From: a virus
Strand: one strand, 5' to 3'
Length of the DNA: 64,000 bases
IMG/VR virus record: IMGVR_UViG_3300005264_000003
Location: 23,349-87,348 of that record
Shown: positions 19,348-29,162 of the stretch, piece by piece
Layout of the letters: each line of letters begins with the position of its first letter
How positions within the stretch are numbered: the stretch's first letter is position 1
Notes under the pieces: model-generated
Seen by the model: only the letters and a program-made list of their open reading frames with translations
The model's database searches: none
What the model was told of the DNA's origin: nothing
Position numbers and translations under genes: made by a program

Positions 19348-22300
19348 ATGTCGATTACGAATGAAGAGTTAGTAGAAATCCTAAAAGAAGCTGACCTGTG
19401 GCCACCAGTTAAGAAAGCTCCGGCAACTAGCATTAAGAAAGTGCATTCAGTACCAGAAGGATTGGTTACATATCATAATAAAGTAATAACTAGCCTTGTT
19501 GTTGTCGATGGTGATACGATTGAAATCGTTGAGCCTGGCATTGAAGATAATGAGTCTATACGTTATTATGGAATTGATACAAATGAAACAGCCAAGGACT
19601 GGCTAGGCAAGCCAGAAGAAGATTATGCTAACTGGCAGACACAAGTACATGATGAGCTAATAAGATATGCTATAGACAAGAATCTTCATATAGAAATAAG
19701 TGATCACCTAGCAGGTTACTTCGGTCGTACTGTAGCTGATATACGAATAGACGGATCTAGTGTATCAGGAATATTCGTAGGAGCAGGCATTACTCCGCCC
19801 AGCATGGGGGCAGATACGAAAGTAGTTCCAGATACATCTATTACTAAAAATCAAATCATAGCAAACTATAACACTGCTATGCATAAGCGTTCTGGTATCT
19901 GGAAAAATGTTGGCGAGTATGTCTATCACCCCAATAACAATATTGACGAAAAACTTATAATTGACCTGTTTAATGATACATATTCTACTAAAAGAAAACT
20001 AGGTAAAGGCATAACTAAGATTGGTGACGTGTATCTAGATATACCTCCTACGCAAATAGCTATTACTCAACTCAGAACATCACGCTCTGTGCCTCAATTG
20101 GGCGGTGAATCAAAGCCTATTAGTGAAAACTCAGCTAGAACAATCATAAAACTTCACTTAGTGTTCTCAGGCGAGGAGACTATAAACACTGATCTGGTAA
20201 GAATTTTACAGCAATTTAGGTACTGTCCAATAAACCTGCTTTACTCTTTCGATATATTTGAGAAAGTTGTAGGCGATAATAAATATCTACTAGAAGGATA
20301 TGGTCAAGTAGATGATGAGTGGTTTATACCTGTAACAATGGATGAGTATACTATACATACAATTGAAGGTCATCCATCCTCGCTTGGATGTGTCTTACAG
20401 TTATCTTTATTTAACTATGCAGCATACTTTAATGGAGATATAGCAGAGAAAGTTCAGTATTACAAATATGAAATTGAAAGTGGAGAAGTCGACTCTAAGA
20501 GATCTTTAGCTGGTGTAAATAGAGACTTTGTATACACTTCACACCTAGAAGAAGCTGTGCATCCATATAATTTATATATAACTAGTCACTTAAAAGATAA
20601 GTTGCACATGTTTAATGGTTCAGATAGCTATACTGAGCTATTCAAGGTAGCAGGCACTAGAACTCCCCCTAACTATGAAGCAATTAGCGCTAAAGATGCA
20701 GGTAGGCTTTCTGATGAACTAGATGAGCTTTACTTGATACTTAGCTCTAGAGTTAAAGAATTAACAATGTCTACGAGTATCTTTTTTAGGAATAACTTTA
20801 CATGGCTGCCAGTTATTGGATACTCACAACCAGTTGCACAATACATAGGGCCTGGAGACTCTGTAGTTACACTCGAGTTGCAAACTGAGGACAACTCAGT
20901 TATATCTAGTTTATTAAATACATTCGGAGAAGAATCAACAACAAGTATTGTTGATACATTTTATGATGATAGATATATATTATCTAACTCACTTACCAGA
21001 TTGTGTGCTACTGAAGTCTGCAGTATGAAGAATTTTTCAATGTCTAATGTTAGTGGTCACCCAGATGCGTCAGTTATTAATATGGTATTTTGTAAGACAG
21101 CATATGCCACTACAGCAAATGAGGTTAATCCTGTTGCTGAGTTTGACGAGTACTGGGGTCTTCAGAGAATATTAAAATCACTAGACAAAGAAGACATGGA
21201 GGCAATTGAAACTGAACTCAAGAGCGATAGAGTTACAAGACTAGACATTGGCGACAGTGCTGACTCTTTCATTAGGCTGGCAGAGAGAAGCGGAAAGACT
21301 GATACGGAAAAGAAGGTAAATGAAAAAACAATAGCTGCTATGACAGTTGCTCTTAATAAGCTAAAGGGACATAAGAATTCCATGGAGTTTAATGCCCCTG
21401 AGTTTCATTTGCTTCAATTTAGAACTAACTTAAATTCAAGTATATTAAGTGCACGAATGAGCGGTTTGTCTGGAAAAATTATTCTTCTAGATGGATTGAG
21501 CATGTATTCAAGAATGACGGTGTCTCAATTCCCTGCTAATAAAACACTAGATCAGCTTAATCTTAATGCGAATAAGGCATATAAGACTTACTATGGTGGA
21601 ATGCTTAGTTCTTATCCTCGCAGCCGGGTTGCCAAAGAGATGACTAGAAACTTCAGAGATGCCTTAGGCGGACACGGAGAAGCATCTAGGATATTAAGAG
21701 CTTATGTTAGTAAGGTATACGCAGGCGGATGGCTTACTAGTGATATAACAGGACCGCCAGTAAGCTTACTAGATTTAAGCGAGAAGCTGCATGAAGAATA
21801 CCTTAATCCTAGCTATAGTAATGACTATGTAAATAGAATTAACACTCATGGCACCTATAATGGACATGGATGGGATCTTTCTGATTACGATAGATGGATG
21901 GGTAAGCTGGTTGACAAGTTATGTCATGCAATTGAAGCTAAGTCAACTGGATTGCTTTCTAAGTTTAAAGAGAGGTGGAATGAGCAGTCTCTCCTAGAAA
22001 GCAAGGGATACTCTGTTATAATGAAGTTCGTTGGCACTGCAATAGAGGCTAGAGTTATTAAGACTGCTTTTATTTTAGGTAGCAGAGACGCTAATAGGAA
22101 AGAAGAAGTGTCTGAGGCAAGAGAATATTTCCATACCCCAAGGAATATATCGTACCCTTCATTTTCAGTTATATATAATGCAGATGATGGTACAGAAGGA
22201 ACTGATTTAATACTAACAGATAGTGATGCTAATGGAGAGTCTAAAAATTGGACATTTCAGGTAACATTTTTTCCTTCTGAGCACAATGAGGGCATTAGTA

Positions 22301-25300
22301 GATATTGGCACGAGGAGCCAGACTCTGAAGCTGCATCTGAAGCTGAGCTCGAAGAAGCTAGAGCAAAAATGGATGTAGTGTCACATGGCAATATAGTTAT
22401 ACCTTATGCTGGACATAGGTATTTCCCTAACATAGACTTATACCTGAAGCATCAAGAGATATTCTCTACTACCGTAGGGGAATGGTTTGCTAATAAATAT
22501 ATAGAGGACCCATATAAGATTTTCGAGCAAGTATCTGAATCAGTAGAGCAGTCTATAGCTCCACTAATGGATAGGCCGGCATGGGAAGCTACATACATTG
22601 AAAGAAGTCATGGTGTTGCATTTGCTAACAAGATAGCAGAAGACCCACATGATCCATGTAAGTTAGTTGCAGCTATTAACTGGATGAGTTTTGGTAAAGA
22701 TTTCAGTGAAGACAATCGAGACACAGCCTTATTAAAAGGCAAGCCTAATAGCACAGTAGATCGCTGGATAAATAAATGCATACCAGATATGATTCTTAGT
22801 AGCGAAGATGGTAGCCCTAAAGATCTCGACGTTCCTTTTAGTACTGTTCATCAGTGTGCTGCCCTTAGTAGTGGCTACTATGACTCGGCTAAGTTTCAAG
22901 GAAAAGAGATAGTTGCATTTAGAATGAATGTAATGAGTAAGACAAGTATGTCTCTCAATACAGCAGGACAAACATCTAGGGGATATAATCTTCAAAACAA
23001 GATGTGTGCTATAGAGTCAGATGGTGCACTATACTTGCCTTCAGATGTGCCTGAAGCTTCACTTGCTGGCAGCATAGATGATTCAGCTAAGTTCATTCAT
23101 TCTCCAGCAGACACGCAAATACACTACGGAGGCAACTATGCAAATGGGTGTGACTTGACATTATTGCAAAAGCACCCAGAGGGATTCGCAAAGGAGCTAG
23201 GGCGAGAACAACCTGCATTACAAGCGCTGGGTCAGAAAGATGGATTAAATACAATTGAAGCTGACGCAATGCTTAGGGAAAAATTCTATAAGATATTACT
23301 AAAAAGCAACAGTAAAGGTGCCGAGTTCAGTAAGTCGCCAGCACAACTAAGGGGTATAGCTAAGAGTCACGTAAGTACACTTAAAGACTCTATTGCTCCA
23401 GCTACAAATATTTACTATATGACAGAGAAGCTAATAGTAGATTATCTAAGCAACGGAGTAACGTCTGAACTAAAGGCTGATTTAAAAATAATAGTATCAA
23501 AGTACATAGCAGACTTTGGCCCCTTAATAGATGATGCGACAAAAGAGTTGGTATCTAGAAATGCTCTTGAATCTATGATGCCTACTATTGGGATAGAAAA
23601 TGCATTTCCTACATATAAAATGTATATAATTGAAGAAGACATGTCTGATATAAGATACTTCTCAATGGATGATTGGTATGATCTTAGGACAGCTCAAGAC
23701 TTGATGATTGTAAAGTCTAAAGACAATCCAGCACATATGCTTAAAGGTAGAATTATAGTAGATCATAGATATATAATTACTAGCGACAAAGTGAACCAGA
23801 AAGTTTCTGATATTAGCAATCCTCAGGAATTTGAAGTTGAGGCACCAGCACCGGGGATTGTTGATACTAGGGCTGAAAACCATTTCAATAAAGGAATGAC
23901 TCCGTTACGAGAAGGTATGAGAATTTGCATTAAACTAGGCTACCACTCTGACCCAAGAGCTATGGACACAGTCTTTATTGGTACGATTACAGGACTTAGT
24001 GGCAACATGAGTACTGGCGTATATGACCTAGAGGCTAGAGGTGATGGTAGAGAGCTACTAACTCCTCCGTCACAAGATGTAAAGCCTAATATCTCAGGAG
24101 AGAATTTTGCTGAGATTATATCTATTATGATGAGAAATAGCCCTGCTGTTATGCACTTTGGAAGAACATATGGTTCATTTTTAGAGAAATTCTCAAGAAG
24201 GCACTGGGCGCTATTTGCACTTGCTAAGCACGGAAGACTATCTAAGTCTCATGTTTTTGGAGCCGTAGGTATGTCAATGGGACTAGCTGCAAGATCAGCA
24301 ATCAGGCAGGCAGCCATGAAAGGATCTCTTTCTGAGGAAACTGGCATGGGCATGTGGGCGTACATGATTCATTCATTTAGTCGAAAGACTATGTCTGTAT
24401 ATGAAGAAACAACAGCCTTGTATAACAATACGCTTTTGCCTTTATCTGACAAAGGATCCCATGAGAGATGGGCTGCATATAGTAATAATATATTTGACGG
24501 CGATGATGGTAAATGGGGTATCTTTAGCTCAGAGTTTGGTAACGCAAAGTTCTCTCAAGTAAAGGGCTGGTTAGCAGGAAATACATTTGATCCAAGAAAG
24601 GCTAGTGCTCAAACTGCCGGCATACTATATAATACATTCAAGCAAGGCAATAATCCTATTGATGATAACATATTCGCTATTGATATTTGGAATACTTTTG
24701 TTCCATGGCGCACATTTGACATGCCAATCAATAACACAAGAACTATTTGGGATGTGCTTGTTGATATTAAGAGAATGTATCCAAACTTTGCACTTGACGT
24801 AAGACCGTATGGGTCTAGATCTACGCTATTTATGGGGCCTAAGGAGTTTAATATATGGAGAACTGACGACCCACTACAAGCAGTTGCTCCTCAGTTAGCC
24901 GAGATAACTACCAATGAGGCATCATGGGATGATAGTTTTAGCTATAACTTATCAGCTAAAGATGCCCTTAGGTCACAGGTTATATTGGATAGATTTGGTG
25001 ACCGGAAGCCATCAGAAAACAATGTAGCAGGATGGGTGCCATTTCAAAGGCAGCATACGGTATCTTCTTTCAGTGACATAGTAATGAATGGCATCCGATC
25101 TACTCCTTATAGAGGATGGAATAACGTCGTAGTAACGTATTCAAAAGGCCCTGGCGATAACGAGAGTAGGGCTCCTATTATGCAGTCTGCCAATGCAAAC
25201 TTAGATCCAAAAGCTATTAGAACAAAATATGCTAATATAGACTGGACAGATGATCCGCAAATGGCCAAGCAGTATGCCATTGGACTACTCAAAGAGGGCG

Positions 25301-26706
25301 TTGAGAGAATGTACGGCGGTACGTTAATCATAAGAGGTAACTCTAAGATAGAGCCGCATGATAAAGTATTTATATGTGACGCAGTTAATAAGATGTATGG
25401 ATGGATAGAAGTAGAAACAGTGATACATAAATTTGATCTAAGTATGGGCTTTACAACTCATATAGTACCAAACATGGTATGCTCTGTAAATAACGACTCT
25501 TATAGTACTTTTAGTAATGTATTTAGAAGACAAATGGTTGAAAAGTGGGGGACATTAATCTTAGGCTATGCCGGTGGCGCTGCTGTTGGATATGGAGTAG
25601 CAGGATTAATTGGTCCAATAGGATGGGTAGCAAGCGCTGTGGTTTCAACGGCAGCATTAAGTATAAGTGTTGCTGGTGCATATCGAGAAATAAAAAGCAA
25701 AGCAGAGTCTATAATGGATGCAGCTGAAGCCGAAGGCAAGGCCAGGAAAGAAGAGAGACTCTTGTCTGACAGACTAAATTTCATGTTTCTATCAGACGCT
25801 GTAAAACACGGATATGACAGAGGAATAGCGGCTCATTACCTATTAAGATTGTTAGGTGAAGATGGCCTAGGTATAAAAGCAAGAGACATAAGAATGCCTA
25901 AGCTAGCAGGAAAGAGGGCGATTAAGAAGGGCGTTGATATTGCAGCGGAAAGATGGGCTTTTGCATCAAAGTTTATTGGTGGATTTAGAGATGAGTACAA
26001 GGTAGGCAAAGCCATTAAGAAGCAAGCTTTATTTGATAGTATTGCAAAGGATGTTGGCAGAACAATTGACTGGGATGCTATTGATGCTGCACCAACATTA
26101 ACAGATGCGAGAGTTAAGTTAGAGGCTGAATTAAATAGCTTAATAGAAAAAGCTTCAGAGGAGCTATCTGACGATGCAAAGAAGACGATAACAAGATCGC
26201 TAGGCAGGGACTTTGGCGATGCTCTCGTGCCCAGGGATACTATCTCAAGAGCAGAGAGTTCTTCAGCAGGTGCGTTAAAGAGCACTAAAGCTAAGCTGTT
26301 AAAAAAGGTTAAAAAAGTTCGAGTAACGAAAGGCCTTAAGGCGGCAGGAGGCTTTGGGTTATCTGTTTTTGCAATAGGAGCAGACATGGCTCCAGCGCTA
26401 GTGGAAACATTTGTAGTTAATGCTATGTTAAACTCAAATACAATAATATGTCATCCGCTATACAGTAAGCATGGTATGCTTATGAATGGATTAGATGGAT
26501 ACCAAAACAAGACATCATATAAGCATCTTAAGGGTATGATAGTTCAAGCTGAAGGCTATGTTAATAAGGCTAAAGAGGCGCTTAGTGAATGGGATCACAT
26601 GTTCAACTTGAGCAATGGAGCGACACCTATGAGTGAAGACGCAGCAGCGCAACTAAGAGCTTCTGCTATTAACTTGAATGAGGATACAGGAGTAGGAGAT
26701 GAGTGA
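19348..26706 (+). CDS. Giant baseplate hub (gp27/gpD-like) fused to N-terminal thermonuclease (SNase) domain
   Basis: SNase motifs DGDT, IRYYGIDTNE, YFGR, RSGIW; hub motifs 'GMRICIKLGY..VFIGTI' and 'GTLIIRGNSKIEPHDKV..EVETVIHKF..GFTTHI'. Confidence 0.75.
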   Translation: MSITNEELVEILKEADLWPPVKKAPATSIKKVHSVPEGLVTYHNKVITSLVVVDGDTIEIVEPGIEDNESIRYYGIDTNETAKDWLGKPEEDYANWQTQVHDELIRYAIDKNLHIEISDHLAGYFGRTVADIRIDGSSVSGIFVGAGITPPSMGADTKVVPDTSITKNQIIANYNTAMHKRSGIWKNVGEYVYHPNNNIDEKLIIDLFNDTYSTKRKLGKGITKIGDVYLDIPPTQIAITQLRTSRSVPQLGGESKPISENSARTIIKLHLVFSGEETINTDLVRILQQFRYCPINLLYSFDIFEKVVGDNKYLLEGYGQVDDEWFIPVTMDEYTIHTIEGHPSSLGCVLQLSLFNYAAYFNGDIAEKVQYYKYEIESGEVDSKRSLAGVNRDFVYTSHLEEAVHPYNLYITSHLKDKLHMFNGSDSYTELFKVAGTRTPPNYEAISAKDAGRLSDELDELYLILSSRVKELTMSTSIFFRNNFTWLPVIGYSQPVAQYIGPGDSVVTLELQTEDNSVISSLLNTFGEESTTSIVDTFYDDRYILSNSLTRLCATEVCSMKNFSMSNVSGHPDASVINMVFCKTAYATTANEVNPVAEFDEYWGLQRILKSLDKEDMEAIETELKSDRVTRLDIGDSADSFIRLAERSGKTDTEKKVNEKTIAAMTVALNKLKGHKNSMEFNAPEFHLLQFRTNLNSSILSARMSGLSGKIILLDGLSMYSRMTVSQFPANKTLDQLNLNANKAYKTYYGGMLSSYPRSRVAKEMTRNFRDALGGHGEASRILRAYVSKVYAGGWLTSDITGPPVSLLDLSEKLHEEYLNPSYSNDYVNRINTHGTYNGHGWDLSDYDRWMGKLVDKLCHAIEAKSTGLLSKFKERWNEQSLLESKGYSVIMKFVGTAIEARVIKTAFILGSRDANRKEEVSEAREYFHTPRNISYPSFSVIYNADDGTEGTDLILTDSDANGESKNWTFQVTFFPSEHNEGISRYWHEEPDSEAASEAELEEARAKMDVVSHGNIVIPYAGHRYFPNIDLYLKHQEIFSTTVGEWFANKYIEDPYKIFEQVSESVEQSIAPLMDRPAWEATYIERSHGVAFANKIAEDPHDPCKLVAAINWMSFGKDFSEDNRDTALLKGKPNSTVDRWINKCIPDMILSSEDGSPKDLDVPFSTVHQCAALSSGYYDSAKFQGKEIVAFRMNVMSKTSMSLNTAGQTSRGYNLQNKMCAIESDGALYLPSDVPEASLAGSIDDSAKFIHSPADTQIHYGGNYANGCDLTLLQKHPEGFAKELGREQPALQALGQKDGLNTIEADAMLREKFYKILLKSNSKGAEFSKSPAQLRGIAKSHVSTLKDSIAPATNIYYMTEKLIVDYLSNGVTSELKADLKIIVSKYIADFGPLIDDATKELVSRNALESMMPTIGIENAFPTYKMYIIEEDMSDIRYFSMDDWYDLRTAQDLMIVKSKDNPAHMLKGRIIVDHRYIITSDKVNQKVSDISNPQEFEVEAPAPGIVDTRAENHFNKGMTPLREGMRICIKLGYHSDPRAMDTVFIGTITGLSGNMSTGVYDLEARGDGRELLTPPSQDVKPNISGENFAEIISIMMRNSPAVMHFGRTYGSFLEKFSRRHWALFALAKHGRLSKSHVFGAVGMSMGLAARSAIRQAAMKGSLSEETGMGMWAYMIHSFSRKTMSVYEETTALYNNTLLPLSDKGSHERWAAYSNNIFDGDDGKWGIFSSEFGNAKFSQVKGWLAGNTFDPRKASAQTAGILYNTFKQGNNPIDDNIFAIDIWNTFVPWRTFDMPINNTRTIWDVLVDIKRMYPNFALDVRPYGSRSTLFMGPKEFNIWRTDDPLQAVAPQLAEITTNEASWDDSFSYNLSAKDALRSQVILDRFGDRKPSENNVAGWVPFQRQHTVSSFSDIVMNGIRSTPYRGWNNVVVTYSKGPGDNESRAPIMQSANANLDPKAIRTKYANIDWTDDPQMAKQYAIGLLKEGVERMYGGTLIIRGNSKIEPHDKVFICDAVNKMYGWIEVETVIHKFDLSMGFTTHIVPNMVCSVNNDSYSTFSNVFRRQMVEKWGTLILGYAGGAAVGYGVAGLIGPIGWVASAVVSTAALSISVAGAYREIKSKAESIMDAAEAEGKARKEERLLSDRLNFMFLSDAVKHGYDRGIAAHYLLRLLGEDGLGIKARDIRMPKLAGKRAIKKGVDIAAERWAFASKFIGGFRDEYKVGKAIKKQALFDSIAKDVGRTIDWDAIDAAPTLTDARVKLEAELNSLIEKASEELSDDAKKTITRSLGRDFGDALVPRDTISRAESSSAGALKSTKAKLLKKVKKVRVTKGLKAAGGFGLSVFAIGADMAPALVETFVVNAMLNSNTIICHPLYSKHGMLMNGLDGYQNKTSYKHLKGMIVQAEGYVNKAKEALSEWDHMFNLSNGATPMSEDAAAQLRASAINLNEDTGVGDE

Positions 26707-27076
26707 TTTAAGAGACATTACAAATCAGTCGAATGAGCTTAGAGACATAAGCAATAAAGGATTAAGCTCAGCATATAAGTCGCGGGAGGTTTCAATTGGC
26801 ACTGTTACCTCCTGTGCTACATTTAAAAATAAATTTATAGTTTACTTAATAGACGAGCACGTTTCGGTAGATGCAAAGCTTACAGGCATACTTAATGACT
26901 GGATAAGCTCTGCAAGGCCGAGCACTGGAGATCTCGTTTTGGTCTTACATAAAGCTACTAGTGATGCTATGATATTTGCGAAAATGGATGATAAGAGATC
27001 AGCAGAATATAAAGACAATGTAAAGTCTAATCCATTCCAGCAATGCAGGCACATGCAGGCACAGGGCCCAACATAA
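26699..27076 (+). CDS. Baseplate spike N-terminal OB-fold-like protein (gp5-N/gpV-like)
   Basis: 'IGTVTS...RPSTGDLVLVL' pattern; follows the hub gene. Confidence 0.5.
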   Translation: MSDLRDITNQSNELRDISNKGLSSAYKSREVSIGTVTSCATFKNKFIVYLIDEHVSVDAKLTGILNDWISSARPSTGDLVLVLHKATSDAMIFAKMDDKRSAEYKDNVKSNPFQQCRHMQAQGPT

Positions 27077-27087
27077 CAGGAGTTAAT

Positions 27088-27486
27088 ATGGCTGTAAAAA
27101 ATAACGAGCTAAGCGGATGGGCGGCACCAAAAGAGAAGCCTGATGCGGAAAATGTCGGCATGGTTAATGTTGAACTTGATCATAGAAAAATAGCAACCAG
27201 ACAAGGTACAGCACAGATATATATACAAGACAATCAAATCACAGTATCGCATGGTGCCAATGGTCTTATGGTAAACGAAAGAGGTACAGCACTAATTAAT
27301 CCTTTGCATATAGCTACTGATCCTAGCATGACAAGAATAAATACATTTTGGGTGCTTAATGATGAGATAATGACTACGTTACCATCTACGATATATACAC
27401 CAATACCAATGCTAAGATACAAGAGACCTGCATTTGCAGATCAAGTAACTGATCTTGCTAAAAGATTAGCGTCATTAGGAGCGTAA
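27088..27486 (+). CDS. Putative baseplate spike-associated protein
   Basis: ORF track starts at 27043, but the ATG at 27088 has an AGGAG RBS; short beta-strand-rich sequence between the gp5-N-like and gp25-like genes. Confidence 0.4.
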   Translation: MAVKNNELSGWAAPKEKPDAENVGMVNVELDHRKIATRQGTAQIYIQDNQITVSHGANGLMVNERGTALINPLHIATDPSMTRINTFWVLNDEIMTTLPSTIYTPIPMLRYKRPAFADQVTDLAKRLASLGA

Positions 27487-27515
27487 GTTATTAACAGATA
27501 TCTGGAGAATATAAA

Positions 27516-27917
27516 ATGTTAACAATAAAAGACTTAATGACAGACAGCGCGGATGACATAATAATTAATGGCGACATTACTATAGAGCCAGGCACAATTG
27601 TGTCTACTATTAAGATAGCTGAAAGAAGAATATCTGCTAGATACGATGACTTCTTGATTAATAATATTGGAGCAGGATTAGAAAGACATATTCTTAAGAG
27701 AATTGATGCGGCAACAAAATATAACATTGAAGATGATATAAGAAGATCGCTTACGTCTGATATGCTTATGTCGTTTAGTGAATATAAAGCATACCTTCTT
27801 AGTGAGACTGATGATGGAAGCCTGCCTATAGTGATAAAGTTTACTTCTCCATATTTTGGATCTGAATATACGTTTAGCACTTTAATTAATAATCAGAATC
27901 AAAGATCTTATAACTAG
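27516..27917 (+). CDS. Baseplate wedge gp25-like (sheath initiator)
   Basis: 133 aa, 'DIIINGDI...IGAGLERHI' pattern, directly upstream of the gpJ-like gene. Confidence 0.65.
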   Translation: MLTIKDLMTDSADDIIINGDITIEPGTIVSTIKIAERRISARYDDFLINNIGAGLERHILKRIDAATKYNIEDDIRRSLTSDMLMSFSEYKAYLLSETDDGSLPIVIKFTSPYFGSEYTFSTLINNQNQRSYN

Positions 27918-27946
27918 AATATAAATATATTAAACTTGGAGAAAAA

Positions 27947-29161
27947 ATGGCTACCTACAGAGATAAGTTAGAGAGAATACTGCAGTCCATGCAAGAAAGA
28001 ACAGGGATGACAAACTTACTTCCTGGGTCCAAGGCATATCAGTTAGCTGAATCTTACGCATATGAGCAAATGCTTCAAGAAGCCAAACAGGAAGATTGGA
28101 CTAGTAGCAACAGTATATCTGAAGCTAAAGGCGAGAAGCTTGATGCTATATCTAAAGGGTTTTTTAAGATTCCTAGGCTAGAAGCTGTGAGGTCATATGC
28201 GTCCAGCTCAATGAAGGCTCTTAAGTTCTATACTGATGATGGATATACGTTCGGGTCCATCAATACAGATGAATCATCTAACGTTACTATGCAGCAAGAC
28301 ATCATTATAAACGAAGGAACTACGATAAGCGGAATAAGGGATGGCTTAATTTACAAGTTTAGAGTTATAGAAGATACAGTACTTGAAAAGAGTAGTAAGG
28401 AAGCATACGTAAATGCTGAGTTAATTCAAGGTGCTTCAGATAATATTCCAGCTAATATCTTAAAAATTCATAACTTTACAAATTATTCACAATCAGTTAA
28501 TGGCTTACTTAAAGTTACCAATCCTGTTCCAGTAAACAGCGGTAGGCCCAGAGAGCTAGATGAAAACTACAGGTTTAGACTTGCTAACTCAATGAGAGCA
28601 TTTCCAAAGACAACATCAGTAGCTATACATCAGCAAGTTACAAGTATGCCTGGAGTGTCAGACGTATACATAGAGACAGCTGCGAATGGCGGAGGTACTT
28701 TTACTGTTTACGTACAAGGCACTACTCCAATAACAAGCAATGACTTAATAGAGGATGTTAACTTGTCATTATCTCAAGTCATTAATCCTTGGCAGGTCAC
28801 TTACACTGTTACAAAGCCGCGTTATCTTGGAATATCTGCATCTTTAAATTTAGTATTTAAGGATGGTTTTAACCTGGCAGCATCTGAAATAGCAGTTAAC
28901 TCAATCATAAATTACTTAAATAACTTTAATGGTCAAGTGTTTTATGTTAATTCAATTCTTAGCATAGCGCAGGGTGTACATTCAGACATACTTGATGTAT
29001 CATTTAATTATGTAAGATTACATGTTGGATCTGAAGATATTCGATCCTATGAAGAGTTTAATTTAACAGAAGACCCTAACCCTACAATAGTACTGGAAGT
29101 TAAAGAGAAGCTAATTTCAGAGCCTATAACAAGTGCTATCATAGCTGTACCGGTGGTGTAA
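27947..29161 (+). CDS. Baseplate J/gp6-like wedge protein
   Basis: 'AKGEKLD', 'VTNP..VNSGRPRELDENYRFRL', 'PGVSDVYI...GGTFTVYV' Baseplate_J motifs. Confidence 0.85.
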   Translation: MATYRDKLERILQSMQERTGMTNLLPGSKAYQLAESYAYEQMLQEAKQEDWTSSNSISEAKGEKLDAISKGFFKIPRLEAVRSYASSSMKALKFYTDDGYTFGSINTDESSNVTMQQDIIINEGTTISGIRDGLIYKFRVIEDTVLEKSSKEAYVNAELIQGASDNIPANILKIHNFTNYSQSVNGLLKVTNPVPVNSGRPRELDENYRFRLANSMRAFPKTTSVAIHQQVTSMPGVSDVYIETAANGGGTFTVYVQGTTPITSNDLIEDVNLSLSQVINPWQVTYTVTKPRYLGISASLNLVFKDGFNLAASEIAVNSIINYLNNFNGQVFYVNSILSIAQGVHSDILDVSFNYVRLHVGSEDIRSYEEFNLTEDPNPTIVLEVKEKLISEPITSAIIAVPVV

Positions 29162-29162
29162 T

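Noticed and set aside
8081-26706. Inteins or introns explaining the giant ORF sizes
   Set aside because: No C...HN-C/S/T splice motifs, LAGLIDADG motifs or frame interruptions were recognised.
19329-27927. T4-type late promoter TATAAATA at 19329 and 27920
   Set aside because: An all-AT 8-mer is expected by chance in this AT-rich sequence and is not seen at most gene-block starts.
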